Shown here: piece by piece, positions 25,306 through 39,101 of the stretch | Position numbering within the stretch: position 1 is the first letter of the stretch | Layout: every line of letters starts with the position of its first letter | Assembly: GCA_040437565.1 (NCBI GenBank) | Contig: JBDOQK010000007.1 | Span: 620,001 to 684,000, forward strand | DNA length: 64,000 nucleotides | Direction of reading: 5' to 3' | Source of the DNA: Albugo candida | Taxonomy: Eukaryota | Notes under the pieces: model-generated | Seen by the model: the letters and a program-made list of their open reading frames with translations, nothing else | Databases searched by the model: none | Told to the model about the DNA's origin: nothing | Position numbers and translations under genes: made by a program

Positions 25306-26122
25306 CACACGTAACTATGATTCAAGATGACATAATCAGCTATTGCTACTTACTCTGCGTCAAATTCTGTTTTTAAGCTGGATAGATTTACCGTCACACC
25401 GCAGCCGGACGAAATTGCGATACGAGGGGTTAAGTCCCAACGTCAAAAACAGAATCCAATACTCATTCAATACTACATTTGCGTTCTGAACGAGACTTAT
25501 GCAGTGGGGATACTCTGTCGCAAGGCCTGAATCTGTACATACTCAATTACAGTGTTTGTGGTGAGACTAGCTGCCGTCAAGTTGCTGAGACAATCACAAA
25601 TGCACCGTTCTCACTCTTCCAATCGGAATTCATCTGGATGGTTTTTACATCCCACGATTTCTATCAATTTTGCATCACAATAGTATAAGATAAACGTGGG
25701 GAAGATTTAGTGAAAGTAAACTAGCTTCTGTATGTGTTTTACTTTTACTGTAAGACGATGCAAGCATAACATTCAAATGTAACTTTAGTGTACTCTAATC
25801 TACTATCAACTTTTGCCTTTTTTTATCAGAGGTAAAGTTAAAATTCGTCATGTCGATTACTCAATCCAATTTAATCCAAATTGACGAGTCTATACTTTTC
25901 ACATTGCTCGCCGATCTGATTGGCTTATTCGTGCTGGCTGTTTCTTGCAAAATTGTAAAATTCGCAGCAAATAAGTAAGCAATACCCTGAGCTCCAAAAC
26001 AAAGCACACGGATCAACTATACCTGAAAAACTGACTGCTTTTGTGCTTGTAATCGAATCTCGTGCCACATTCCGTTCATTCGTACTCAAAAGCCACATAG
26101 GACAAGGGCATCACCCTTTGAG

Positions 26123-29100
26123 ATGTGCAATGAAATAGAATCAGTGGTTGAAGAAGTGTACGAGATTCAGACCTTCCAACCTTTTCGTGGTTGGACCTTT
26201 GAACGCTTTTCCGATCAATTTGGAAAGACATTCATCACTCTCACAGAAGCTGCTCATACATTACTAAGAGAGGACCAATGCAACCGCCACGAACTTGATC
26301 TAAACGTTTGTGCGAACCTAATGAACCGTGCAAAACCACATACCTCTCCAACTCTCTTGGACCTCGAGCGATCGAATTATGGTTACGGCAGTGAAAATCA
26401 TAAGCTTAACTATTATGAGATAGGATGTCTACCGAATCATGATTGGATGTGGAGTCATGCGTGGATGCTAGATTATGAATTCCTGCACGGTGAATGGAGT
26501 TATGGAACGAGCATTCATGGAATGAATCGAAGACTCGCAGAAGGAACAAATCGAGCGAAGAAAAGTTTGGTCGATTTTTTACGACGACGACGATGGATAC
26601 GGACTAGAATTCGGAAACCTTGTCTCGAAATGGAAGAATCGAGCGAGCATTTGAATGAGAATTCAAGTAATCAGATCACTGTGCATGTGAATGAACCTGA
26701 ATACTCCATGTTACTGAGTCAGAATGGGCAATACAAGGTCAAGAAAGACAGCAAGCGACATCTTGGTAAGGATACGTCTAGCTTTGTATATGGCTTGACA
26801 CTTGCTGATTGTTTTTCTTACAGAAAAGCGATTTTACCATGTGTTTCGTAATGCGATGCTAGCGCATCTAAATCTGCAGTCAAGTTATCGTCTGTCCAAT
26901 ATAAACAGAGTCGAGTTTGACGCCGACGCGGTGGAGATGGTACGACATCCTACTGCTTCAATTTATAAACTCGTTGGATGACACCGAGTTACAGGAAGGG
27001 TGGCTTGGCATAAGGGGAACCATATCTAGAAGTTGGAAGCTTCGATATTGTGTGCTGCGATTCGATACAAACTCACTGATCTGCCTTCGTGATCGAACCT
27101 TATTCATACAGGTTAACGAAATTCCCATTGATCGTCACACGTCTGTTTTGCTGGAAGACTCGGGATTGAACACTCAGCATCAATTTTCGATTATTTATGG
27201 CGAACACAAGATACGATTGAACGCCACAACTCACGCATCTCGTACAGCATGGGTAGAAGCCATTAGCGGATTGATTGTACGCTCGAGAGCCTCCTTTGTT
27301 GCCGTAGAAGACTCTGATTCCAACCATAGTTTGAATTCCAAGACCCATCGACGAGTACGATCCAGAATTACATCAGAATTAGATTCTAATCATTCCGACG
27401 GAACGGTCTCGGCATTGTCTTATCCGTCGGTATCGTCATCAGACCTCTATAGTGAGATAAGACAAAGCAAACACGTTCATCGTAAAAAACGGGTTTGGCG
27501 TCCGTACACACTCATCTGTTCCGCAATGAGTGACAAACGAGAAACAGATAGCGCTTTCCGTCTCCAATATGTACAGAAGTTCAAAAGTACATTCGAGAAG
27601 AAAATGAAGTTAGCGTCCACTTTTCTCAATGCCAATTTAAACGTTTTGGAAAAGAATATGATTGCAATATCGGTAAAGTTCTCGTCTTCGTATTGCAATC
27701 ATACCACAGAACAAAGTATGGAGGTGGTCAGTCATCTTCGAAGAGATATTGAAAAATCATTGGAGCAATTTTATGTCGATGGACATGCCAAATTGCGCGC
27801 TGATCATGCCAGTGTTTTACTGTGCAATCGACTTGGTCGAAATTTGTATTTAGAAACAAAACGGCTGAATGATTTGATCGTCAACTATGCAGTTCCGGCG
27901 ACTATGGTCACAGAAAAGAAGAAGACACCGAATGCACCCGTACCTCGTATTCCTACGGACTGGTTTGATCCAGCACAACCAAAGCCGATGTTGAAGCGAT
28001 GTAGTCTGTCTGATTCCACTGATGTTACAAGTGAACGAGCCGCATTGTCAGATGATGAAATGGAGCGAAGAAAAGCACTCAAAACTTGCAAGTCATTCAC
28101 TGAAAAAATCTCACACCTCGATTTTGGGTGCACGAAACCCAAAATCGATAATGCAAATCCGAATAGTCAGTTGCGGTATACGTTCATGTTCGATCGCGAT
28201 ACTACCAGCTTTGATAGACCTCAGCGATTTCGTAGTGCAACGACAGCGTCTCAGCCTCTGAATACCACTCGATCGGATGGAAGTAATGGCACTACAGGGT
28301 GCTCGATATTCGCTTCGTATGAGGCTCTACCAGATTGTCTGAGTGAGGGACAGCTAGAGCTCCCTTCCGGTATCAACAACTATGTGGTTCCAATTTGGGA
28401 AAAAGACTTGGGATCGCTGATTGCATTTGCACTTTGCTCTGACGCGTACATGCGAGAACTGGAAGCACAATTCCGCAATTGTTTCGACATTCGAGATGAA
28501 CTGAGTGCCGAAGAGATAGATGAAGCTTCACGTCTGTACCACGAAAGACGTGAAAATCCGAAGGGCACGAAACAACAGATCCAATTTGGAGAAGAGGAAG
28601 GAGCACCCGAACTCGGCAGCGAATCTGACACTTCATTGAGCTCAGAGCATGAAGTAAGTAAGAAGGACAGATGGCTTGCATACATGGCAGCAATGAAGCG
28701 CAATGACTTTCAACACGCTGATATTGAATTCGCATATGAAGACCGTACAGCTCAGACGAAGCGCGGTGTACGTTGCATTGTATACTTTGCAGCTCAATTT
28801 CATGCTCTGCGAGCATTGATCGCACCGGGGAATTTCGAGTTTCTCAATTCAATTCTGAAAAGTATGCGATGGGATGCATCCGGAGGCAAATCTGGGGCGT
28901 TCTTTTCACTGGTAAGAATGCTTTCTCTTTGCGCACTAAATTGATCGTCTTTACTCACAAGTGCTTTCTGTGTCCTTTGAAGACGCATGACAAACGATAT
29001 GTTCTCAAAGGGATCTCTTTGACTGAGTTTAATATGTTTCATCATTTGGCTCCTCATTATTTCAAGTATATGGANNNNNNNNNNNNNNNNNNNNNNNNNN

Positions 29101-32100
29101 NNNNNNNNNNNNNNNNNNNNNNNNNNNNNNNNNNNNNNNNNNNNNNNNNNNNNNNNNNNNNNNNNNNNNNNNNNAGCATTTGAATGAGAATTCAAGTAAT
29201 CAGATCACTGTGCATGTGAATGAACCTGAATACTCCATGTCACTGAGTCAGAATGGGCAATACAAGGTCAAGAAAGACAGCAAGCGACATCTTGGTAAGG
29301 ATACGTCTAGCTTTGTATATGGCTTGACACTTGCTGATTGTTTTTCTTACAGAAAAGCGATTTTACCATGTGTTTCGTAATGCGATGCTAGCGCATCTAA
29401 ATCTGCAGTCAAGTTATCGTCTGTCCAATATAAACAGAGTCGAGTTTGACGCCGACGCGGTGGAGATGGTACGACATCCTACTGCTTCAATTTATAAACT
29501 CGTTGGATGACACCGAGTTACAGGAAGGGTGGCTTGGCATAAGGGGAACCATATCTAGAAGTTGGAAGCTTCGATATTGTGTGCTGCGATTCGATACAAA
29601 CTCACTGATCTGCCTTCGTGATCGAACCTTATTCATACAGGTTAACGAAATTCCCATTGATCGTCACACGTCTGTTTTGCTGGAAGACTCGGGATTGAAC
29701 ACTCAGCATCAATTTTCGATTATTTATGGCGAACACAAGATACGATTGAACGCCACAACTCACGCATCTCGTACAGCATGGGTAGAAGCCATTAGCGGAT
29801 TGATTGTACGCTCGAGAGCCTCCTTTGTTGCCGTAGAAGACTCTGATTCCAACCATAGTTTGAATTCCAAGACCCATCGACGAGTACGATCCAGAATTAC
29901 ATCAGAATTAGATTCTAATCATTCCGACGGAACGGTCTCGGCATTGTCTTATCCGTCGGTATCGTCATCAGACCTCTATAGTGAGATAAGACAAAGCAAA
30001 CACGTTCATCGTAAAAAACGGGTTTGGCGTCCGTACACACTCATCTGTTCCGCAATGAGTGACAAACGAGAAACAGATAGCGCTTTCCGTCTCCAATATG
30101 TACAGAAGTTCAAAAGTACATTCGAGAAGAAAATGAAGTTAGCGTCCACTTTTCTCAATGCCAATTTAAACGTTTTGGAAAAGAATATGATTGCAATATC
30201 GGTAAAGTTCTCGTCTTCGTATTGCAATCATACCACAGAACAAAGTATGGAGGTGGTCAGTCATCTTCGAAGAGATATTGAAAAATCATTGGAGCAATTT
30301 TATGTCGATGGACATGCCAAATTGCGCGCTGATCATGCCAGTGTTTTACTGTGCAATCGACTTGGTCGAAATTTGTATTTAGAAACAAAACGGCTGAATG
30401 ATTTGATCGTCAACTATGCAGTTCCGGCGACTATGGTCACAGAAAAGAAGAAGACACCGAATGCACCCGTACCTCGTATTCCTACGGACTGGTTTGATCC
30501 AGCACAACCAAAGCCGATGTTGAAGCGATGTAGTCTGTCTGATTCCACTGATGTTACAAGTGAACGAGCCGCATTGTCAGATGATGAAATGGAGCGAAGA
30601 AAAGCACTCAAAACTTGCAAGTCATTCACTGAAAAAATCTCACACCTCGATTTTGGGTGCACGAAACCCAAAATCGATAATGCAAATCCGAATAGTCAGT
30701 TGCGGTATACGTTCATGTTCGATCGCGATACTACCAGCTTTGATAGACCTCAGCGATTTCGTAGTGCAACGACAGCGTCTCAGCCTCTGAATACCACTCG
30801 ATCGGATGGAAGTAATGGCACTACAGGGTGCTCGATATTCGCTTCGTATGAGGCTCTACCAGATTGTCTGAGTGAGGGACAGCTAGAGCTCCCTTCCGGT
30901 ATCAACAACTATGTGGTTCCAATTTGGGAAAAAGACTTGGGATCGCTGATTGCATTTGCACTTTGCTCTGACGCGTACATGCGAGAACTGGAAGCACAAT
31001 TCCGCAATTGTTTCGACATTCGAGATGAACTGAGTGCCGAAGAGATAGATGAAGCTTCACGTCTGTACCACGAAAGACGTGAAAATCCGAAGGGCACGAA
31101 ACAACAGATCCAATTTGGAGAAGAGGAAGGAGCACCCGAACTCGGCAGCGAATCTGACACTTCATTGAGCTCAGAGCATGAAGTAAGTAAGAAGGACAGA
31201 TGGCTTGCATACATGGCAGCAATGAAGCGCAATGACTTTCAACACGCTGATATTGAATTCGCATATGAAGACCGTACAGCTCAGACGAAGCGCGGTGTAC
31301 GTTGCATTGTATACTTTGCAGCTCAATTTCATGCTCTGCGAGCATTGATCGCACCGGGGAATTTCGAGTTTCTCAATTCAATTCTGAAAAGTATGCGATG
31401 GGATGCATCCGGAGGCAAATCTGGGGCGTTCTTTTCACTGGTAAGAATGCTTTCTCTTTGCGCACTAAATTGATCGTCTTTACTCACAAGTGCTTTCTGT
31501 GTCCTTTGAAGACGCATGACAAACGATATGTTCTCAAAGGGATCTCTTTGACTGAGTTTAATATGTTTCATCATTTGGCTCCTCATTATTTCAAGTATAT
31601 GGAGCAGTCCATTCACCAAAAGACCCGGATCGTGATGAGTCGGATAGTTGGTTTGTACAAATTGTGTCGGTCACGTCGACACTCCAAACACACAACATAT
31701 GTCGTGGTTATGGAGTCGATGACGTATGGATTCCATCCAGCTCAGCTGTATGATTTGAAAGGAATTTTACGTCGGCGGTGCAATACGATGGAGCCTCTGG
31801 CCGAAGACGGACTTTCAATATTCACAAAAAACTCTGAGCGAGATCAATTATCTTTGAATTCCTCTTCTCAACTCATCGAAGTCGATGCTGTCGGTCAAAG
31901 GGTGTTATTGGATGGCAATTTGTATGGAAGTATTCCAATACCCGTACGACAATCCGACTTGATTAACTGTGAGGCCGCCATACAAAATGACACGACTTTT
32001 CTTTGTCGCGCCGGTGTCGTCGATTACTCCATTGTACGATACTTTTCTTACTCGCTGAGTGTCTTATCTTACATCTCGAATCTTGTGTCTTGGCTTGTAG

Positions 32101-32673
32101 CTGCTCATGCTGAATGAAAAGGAACGTGTTATGGTTGTTGGCTTGATCGATTATATCCACCAATTTGACTTTCTCAAAAAGATGGAATCCACATCCAAAG
32201 CTTCCATTATGTTCCGTAATCCGACAATCATCAATCCCAATGCCTATCAGAGACGCTTTGTCAATGCGATGCATCGCTATCTTGTAGGAATCGATTGTGA
32301 CATGCTGAAGACCCGTAAAAGCGCCAATTCCACTCAACGAACCCAAACGAATGATTATAGAACAACATTACGACATACAATTCAGCGCGCTAGTCAGACC
32401 GAAGGAGACGAACAGTGTGATAAAAATCAAAGGATTGCAGTGGACAAAGCTAAAGGTGGACGGCACAAACATGCGGCGAATAAAGTATCAAGACTTTCGA
32501 ATTCTTTGATGGACCGCTTCATCTGGCAAAATATACAAAAAGTGATTTCACGATCCTCTTCGATGCCTTCACTTGGTCGAGACAATACAAAGTCAAGAAT
32601 GAAGCAGGATCTGCGGTGGTACAGTCATCGAGAGGAGCTCAGTTCATCGTCGGAATATGAATTAGGTTCCTGA
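26123..32673 (+). CDS. DysF-like + PH + Fab1/PIKfyve-type phosphatidylinositol phosphate kinase (one gene, internally duplicated by assembly)
   Basis: N-terminal EEVYEIQTFQPFRGW...WMWSHAWMLD...GEWSYG...RRRRWIRTR; PH domain EGWLGIRGTISRSWKLRYCVLR...AWVEAI; kinase motifs DLGSLIAFALCS, YFAAQFHALR, WDASGGKSGAFFSL|THDKRYVLK, YDLKG, NDTTFL...VVDYS, VGLIDYI, PTIINPNAYQRRF. Introns about 26766..26823, 26940..26994, 31441..31511, 32034..32100. Confidence 0.88.
26646..31603 (+). repeat. Direct duplication 26646..29074 = 29175..31603 flanking a 100-N gap (likely unmerged contig overlap)
   Basis: Offset 2529 nt; the 675-aa ORFs are identical; one mismatch seen (T26712 vs C29241). Gap 29075..29174. Confidence 0.95.
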
Positions 32674-32747
32674 TGGCTTGAGAACAAGTACAAAGGTTGA
32701 ACGCATCATTTGTTCGAGTTGGAAGTACGTGCAAAGTCTGTATATTA

Positions 32748-34115
32748 TCAGCAATCTAGCTCGAGTGTCGTCAATCGGTAGAACACGCATCTGTGTTGGA
32801 AGACACGCAAGTTTGATGCAACAGGTTGAATGAGATTCCTATCCAACAGCGCTTGTTTGATCAAAATAGCATCCACCATATTGTCCGCAATTCCTAAATT
32901 CTGAAATAATTCAACACCTTCTGCTGCGATAAAACAACCGGCGAATCCTTTATAATAAAGCAGTTTGTTTTTCCGCTCAAGAACGCGATGTAATACACGT
33001 TGCAGTATCTGTACAACTTTGCCGCTTAATAGAGCGTATACCTTATCGGATGCTTGAGACAAATCATATTCTTCACTCGATAGCTCTTCTTCTTGATTGC
33101 AAGTATCAATCGATTTATGTCTCGTACCCGATTCCGGATCTTTCCCCATATTTTGTGAGCTCTGCAACTGCTTTGAGAACCGATAGAAATGATCACGCTG
33201 CAACTGATCGTCCATGTGAGTCACGTGCTCAATAAAACCCAATTTGATCAGTACGTTACCATAACGAATTGCCGTTGGCTGATCGGATGCAAAGCCATTA
33301 ACAATCAATTGACATATACACTCAGCACCCGTAAAGGCTTCTTTATAGAAACTGAATCGAGAATGTTGTAATTTGACTTCAATCGTAGATACTAAAAATC
33401 GACCGAGTATATGAAAAAATTCCCTGGGAAGGTTCTCATACACTTGGACTTGGATACGATCGAGTCTTCTGCTACGTTCTTTTTCAACGTCAAAATCTTC
33501 TGTGGTCGATAAGGTTGAACATCGCTCTGATTCGGATGCCTCACTACAGCTACCTTCTTTAGAGTCATTTTGATCAAATTGCATCTCACTTTCGTCGAGT
33601 ACCGATTGCTCGGTACTGACTGTTGCATCGTCAGCTGAATCACGAGAATCGAAGGAGCGATGAAATATTGGAAAACTCTCATTGGATGAATGAGAACTTG
33701 GGTGTGAGAACTGAGGATTCGGATTGACGAAAATATCTGGACATGATTGTAACAGATTCGTATCACTTTTATGCGTTCTATTATCCTGAATTTGTGCTCC
33801 GGAGCTCTCTGTAGTCACACTATATCTTCGCCTGTGATTTCTATTTCTTCCGCTTGTTCGTGTTTGAAACTGTCGAAAATCGACAAGAGGTTCCAGCGAT
33901 TCTCGTATTTCGATAATTCGATCAAGCGCTATATTTGTGCGTTGTAATAGAGCTTCGATAGTGTTTTCTTCACTGGATGCGGGTATCGATACTGCATTTT
34001 GTGTGCACGAGATTTCGGTGAGTTCTGATATCTGATTGGATCTTCGAATAGGTCGAAGTCGAAGTCGAACATCACTACTCGATTCTGTGACTTCACTGAG
34101 TGTCATATCTTTCAT
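32748..34115 (-). CDS. Protein with two C-terminal DEP domains
   Basis: 455-aa intronless ORF; DEP-like blocks FYKEAFTGAECICQLIVNGFASDQPTAIRYGNVLIKLGFIEHV...FYRF and FAGCFIAAEGVELFQNLGIADNMVDAILIKQALLDRNLIQPV...FYRL after a Ser-rich disordered N-terminus. Confidence 0.85.
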   Translation of the reverse strand: MKDMTLSEVTESSSDVRLRLRPIRRSNQISELTEISCTQNAVSIPASSEENTIEALLQRTNIALDRIIEIRESLEPLVDFRQFQTRTSGRNRNHRRRYSVTTESSGAQIQDNRTHKSDTNLLQSCPDIFVNPNPQFSHPSSHSSNESFPIFHRSFDSRDSADDATVSTEQSVLDESEMQFDQNDSKEGSCSEASESERCSTLSTTEDFDVEKERSRRLDRIQVQVYENLPREFFHILGRFLVSTIEVKLQHSRFSFYKEAFTGAECICQLIVNGFASDQPTAIRYGNVLIKLGFIEHVTHMDDQLQRDHFYRFSKQLQSSQNMGKDPESGTRHKSIDTCNQEEELSSEEYDLSQASDKVYALLSGKVVQILQRVLHRVLERKNKLLYYKGFAGCFIAAEGVELFQNLGIADNMVDAILIKQALLDRNLIQPVASNLRVFQHRCVFYRLTTLELDC

Positions 34116-34589
34116 TAGCCAAAATACACGATGCAGCTTGATATTTTGATTCGGTTGTTAAATTTTTGTGTGAAGATCAATATTGGCTTCGCTTTTACCG
34201 ATTACAGGCGGGGGTAACCCAAGAGTCATAAATTGCATGAAAATTTGGTCATAATACTGCGACTAGGGCTCTGCCAGGTAATTTACGAACCGAACGACAA
34301 TTTTAACAAGCAAGCTTTCACGTAAACAACAGAGATTTTAAATGGAATAATAGTATAGCTCAAACCGAGTAAGAGGTAGTAGAAAGACGAGCCTCGAGGC
34401 ATTAAAGTAGGAAGATATAGTGTAAGCTCCAATAAACGCAATTAAATCGCGATTCTATACAAAGTCACTGTATCGGCACGTGCATGATTATCACTAAAGT
34501 GCGCTGAGCGCACTTACCCATGCACATCATACTGTTCATAATATTTATAAATTTGATCATACCTTCGCTCTTTGCGAACGCAACCAATA

Positions 34590-37500
34590 ATGGTAGTCGA
34601 ATTTGTAATTCCGCTGCATGCGGAAGATTTAGAGCTCGAAAGGCCAGAAAGGTATTATGCACAGAGTGACTCCACATTGATAGAAAAACTCGGAAATTCA
34701 GGTATACTGGAAACTAGATTACTGTCCATACGCAGCCAATTACAAGCAGAGCTTGACACCATTCAACACCACAGATTGGGTGACTCACTAGTATTATTGC
34801 AACAAGAAACTATAAATCTACTGTATGGCGTCTCAAAAGACTTTGACAGTCTCTCTTGCTCACTTCAGAACCAATTTCTTTCTTACCTGCAAGCATTCAT
34901 CGAAGTCCTCGTGCGATTTTGGCGCAAAACAGCTTCCAGACAAAGTGATGTAAAAGAGAAAAATACAAATGCAACATGCTCAACAATGTGGGAACACAAT
35001 CTGCGTAATTCCATCAAGTTTGTTGTCTATATACTTTATCTGTGCCTAAAAAAGAGTCTACGGCTGCAAGTAAGCCAGTCATTGGCACACAAGATAACCG
35101 AGCAATCTGGTGAACAAGTAAACTTGAAAGATGTAAGAAGGAGTTGGCCATTGTGGTGTGCTAAAGTCTTTTTCTGACTGCAACATTTATGATAGTCACC
35201 TTCTTCTGTCGACCGATTACGAGAGATATACGCGACTCTTACAGAATCAATAAATCCTCAAGTTTTCAAATTGTGGCGATCAAACTCACCAGAAGAGGTA
35301 TTTATTCACATAAAAACAGTAGTGAGACTAATTTCAATCGTTAGGAATTTTTGCTCTTATACTATAAATGCGCTTTTATAGCTCTGGAAAATCAGACACT
35401 CTGTCGCCATACAGCGTTACGTCAGATATTGCTACAGGTAGCTTTCACTCTTTTTTTGATGAAACGTACTGAATATCGTGTTGTAGCTTGTCTCAACGAA
35501 TTTCTCACAAGCACCAAACACACGTGGAAGTTTTGTATCGTTGCTTCTTGAATCGTTATTGGCACATGAGCACTTGAGTAACATTCTCGCTGATACGGTA
35601 TCAATCATTCATAATGCTTGTTCACGATCGACACTAGTTAGTGATTTGATCACAGAGATTAGCCAGCTCTCGTTATCTTCACAATCGATAAACAATCGCG
35701 AGTCTATCAAACAAAGCGGCAACGAATTACAAAGTGGAAACTCTGGAGGAAAAGAATCAATAGGCTCCAAGTATATCGCAGTCTTCTTATCATCTTTGGC
35801 GCGGCAGGCTCCATGTCTCATCATTTCCAATCTCACGTTCTTGCTGACACTTTCGAACTCGGAAAATTATTTTTTACGAAACGCGGCAGTAACTTGCCTG
35901 ACCGAAATCTTAATCTGGGATTTTCAGCGTCAGCAGAATGCAAATTCTATCATCGATGGAAGTGCTCTATCTAGTGTAAATGACGACGAGAAAGGCTCGG
36001 ATGCGGAAGAAGAAACGCGAATGCAACAGAAGGAGCATGAGGCCTTCTCACATCGTGAGGGAGTCTCAAGTAAGACACGCCAACACTTGTTACAAGTCCT
36101 GAAAGAGCGTATTTACGACATCAATGCATTTGCACGATGCCATGTCGTTAAAATGTGGGCTCATTTATGTACTTTAGGAGCCATACCTCTCACGTATTAC
36201 GAGACGGTGACACAACTCGCATTAGATCGCCTCGACGATAAGACAGCTATCGTTCGCCGCAATAGTATCTCTTTATGCGTTACCTTGATTCAGCACAATC
36301 CGTTTATGAGTAATTTGAACAAGACTCTTTGTCGATCAAAACTTGAAAATCTAAAAAATTTGGTGGTCAAAGAGCGAGATGACTTTATATCAGAGGGTCA
36401 AGAAAAAGTCAATCAAGCTATGCAGCAGCTTCAATCGGATCTGAAAGAATCGACTCAGGACTCAAGCGACCGAACTCGATCCTTGCCAAACTTTACAGAT
36501 ATTACAGACACCGACGACTTTGATAAACGGATGCAAGCATTTACTCACATCTCGACATTTTACAAGGATACCCTTCAATTTATCGAGCTGCTTGAAGACC
36601 ACGTGACACCGAAAGTAATGCGATTGCTGAAAAGCCGTGTGGCTTCAGATGTCACAGGATCCATCCAGTTCTTTGAGCAAGCATATCACTTTCAGCTAGA
36701 AGGTGCTCTCAAAGGTATTCACCAACTTCTTCATCTGATTTGGCGATCAGATGTTACCGTGCAAGATCAGGTTGTCAAGACATTTCAACAATTGTTTTTC
36801 GCGAGTGAGGAAGAATCGGCAGACAAGAAAAATTTCTGGGCAGAAGCAGTTGCCAATAAATTGATTCAGTTTCTTGACTTGTGTACCAACTCGGAAGCAA
36901 CTTGTCTTGAAGAATTGTTTGTGAAATCGTACAAAAAGGGCGATATCGACATATTCCTTATCCGTGCACTTTGGACGTACGCAACAAAACAAGACTCGAC
37001 TCTACCTCTTCGCGTTCGCGTCAATGCACTTTGTCTCGTCAAAATGATTGTAACAGCATCCAAAGGAGATATTATTCGCGAGCAGCCATTTTTCAGTCTC
37101 AATGAACTGTTTCAGAGCTGTTTCAAGTCCAAAATAATACAAAAATTGAAGCAGAGTACGACTCCCAATGAACAGCTTCAGATATTCAGAGCGGCTTGCA
37201 CCGTATTACAATCTTTGCAGCTGGAAAACCGCTTAACGCAGGAATCAATCAGCTTGCAGACGAAAGAATCCGAAGCGCGTAATAAGCTTTTGAGTCAGCT
37301 TGAAGCGTTTTTATCGTTGCAGGAGCGTGGAGACTCCACTAGTGTGTTTACGGCTACGATGTTTCGTGATGTCGAAGGGATTTCGTCTACTTGGTTGGAT
37401 GCTGTCCAACAGGCAATTGATACCGTCTTTGTTGTCTCTAGAACCCCGGAAAGGATGTGCGCTGACGTAATCCACCAACTTTCACAACGAATTTTCCAGA

Positions 37501-39101
37501 CTCAGAAAGAGCAGCCGACATGCTCGAGCTGGATACTGAGCCATTTTCTATTCGTTTTGGGTCATGTGGCGATACAACTTGCCGTTCACGTGGAGAAGCT
37601 ATCCAAAAGAATAAAGCACAAAAGGCTGAGTACAGATTTGAAAAAGGATAACGTGACAGCAAAAACGCCATCGCTTTCATCTCACAATGAGTCGAATGAC
37701 AATTTGGAAGAAGAGCTCGGAATGGCTGCGCAAGTTGAGGCTGAGGAAGAAAGCTTTATCCAGGAAATCGTGCGTCAAGAGATTGTATGTAAAAATCTGC
37801 TTGCAGCGTACAGCCCGTTGGTGATCCGTCTCGTGCGCCCTGTCATCTTGAAAACGTCAGAGGAAAACCCCGGGCAGTTTAATGCACGCGTTATTCTCAT
37901 AGAATGCGCTGTGATGACACTGAGCAAGTTTATGGCTGTGTCCGATGTCTTTTGTAAGGAAAACCTATCGTTACTCTTCACCTTACTCCAGCAATCCTGC
38001 ATCCCTTCCGTCCGCGGCAATGTGATTGTCACCATCGGTGATCTGGCAGTTCGCTTCCCAAATTTGATTGAGCCGTGGACCTCACACGTGTACGATCGAC
38101 TGCACGATGTTCATCCAATGGTGCGAAAGCAAACAATGACAGTCGTAGCTCATTTGGTTCTCAACGATATGATCAAAGTGAAAGGGCAAATGGCTGACAT
38201 TGCGATTCGAATTGTTGACCTTGATCAAGGTATCCGAGATTTGGCAAAACTCTTGTTTGTAGAACTGGCCAAAAAGAACACAAATGCTATTTACAATATG
38301 ATTCCGGACGCTGTCGGACAGCTCTCAAAAAGGTATGTGGTCATAAATCGTAAATTGGCTGCTCACTGAGACAATTCAACGTGTGTCGCTAGCGTGATTC
38401 TATCCTCGGCAGAGCGGAGAGAAATTTTCCAATTTATTTTCCACTTCGTGAGTAAAGCAAAACACGTAGAAGGATTGACGGAAAAGCTATGTCAACGATT
38501 CTCGACTCCAATCAAGCAAACTTTCAAGCATGGATCGAAGAAGAAGCCTCACACTCTTACCGACTCGTCTCCCTTTGCCGATGATGAGAATGCAAAGAAA
38601 GAACTCCAAGAACTTCATTCAAAGAGGGATTTGGCATTCTGTCTGTCTCTATTACCGCACACAGGCAAATCGTTACGGAATTTATATCATCACCATAGAT
38701 TGTATCAGGACGTTCTTTGGGACGAAAATACTCGCATCTCGTTTCAGAAAATTGTGCTAAAAGTTCGTCGACTTCATGCTGTCGGGACGTCTTCGGATAA
38801 TCCGGGTCATAGGGCAGACAGAGGGGGCGCTGAAGAATCTATCGAGTCGAAGGGATCAAATATGTCGAGGTCAGGCGACACATTGAAAGATGTTGTTCAA
38901 CAGTTTGAGCTGTTACTCTCCAAATATCAAAACAATGCAAAATGCAGTGAGATTTCAGCGCTTGATGAAGCTATCGATGAGGGAAAAGGAATAGAATCAA
39001 TAGAAAATGAGCAAAAGACGATGCGGGTAGCCGAAAAGCACGAAAGTAATACTCAAACTCGCAAGCGACGAAAAATAGTTGTGGGAGATGAACGTGACTG
39101 A
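34590..39101 (+). CDS. NCAPD2: Condensin complex subunit 1 (CAP-D2 / Cnd1)
   Basis: EFVIPL N-terminus, SENYFLRNA, ERIYDINAFARCHV, RLDDKTAIVRRNSI, HNPF, LSHFLFVLGHVA, GDLAVRFPNLIEPWT, HLVLNDMIKVKGQ, NAIYNMIPD, LTEKLCQRF, RDLAFCLSLL; four GT-AG introns link ORFs 34572, 35351, 35541 and 38394. Confidence 0.93.

Noticed and set aside
29446..31473. Second 675-aa PH-containing ORF as a true paralog
   Set aside because: Essentially identical copy abutting a 100-N gap; collapsing yields one complete gene.
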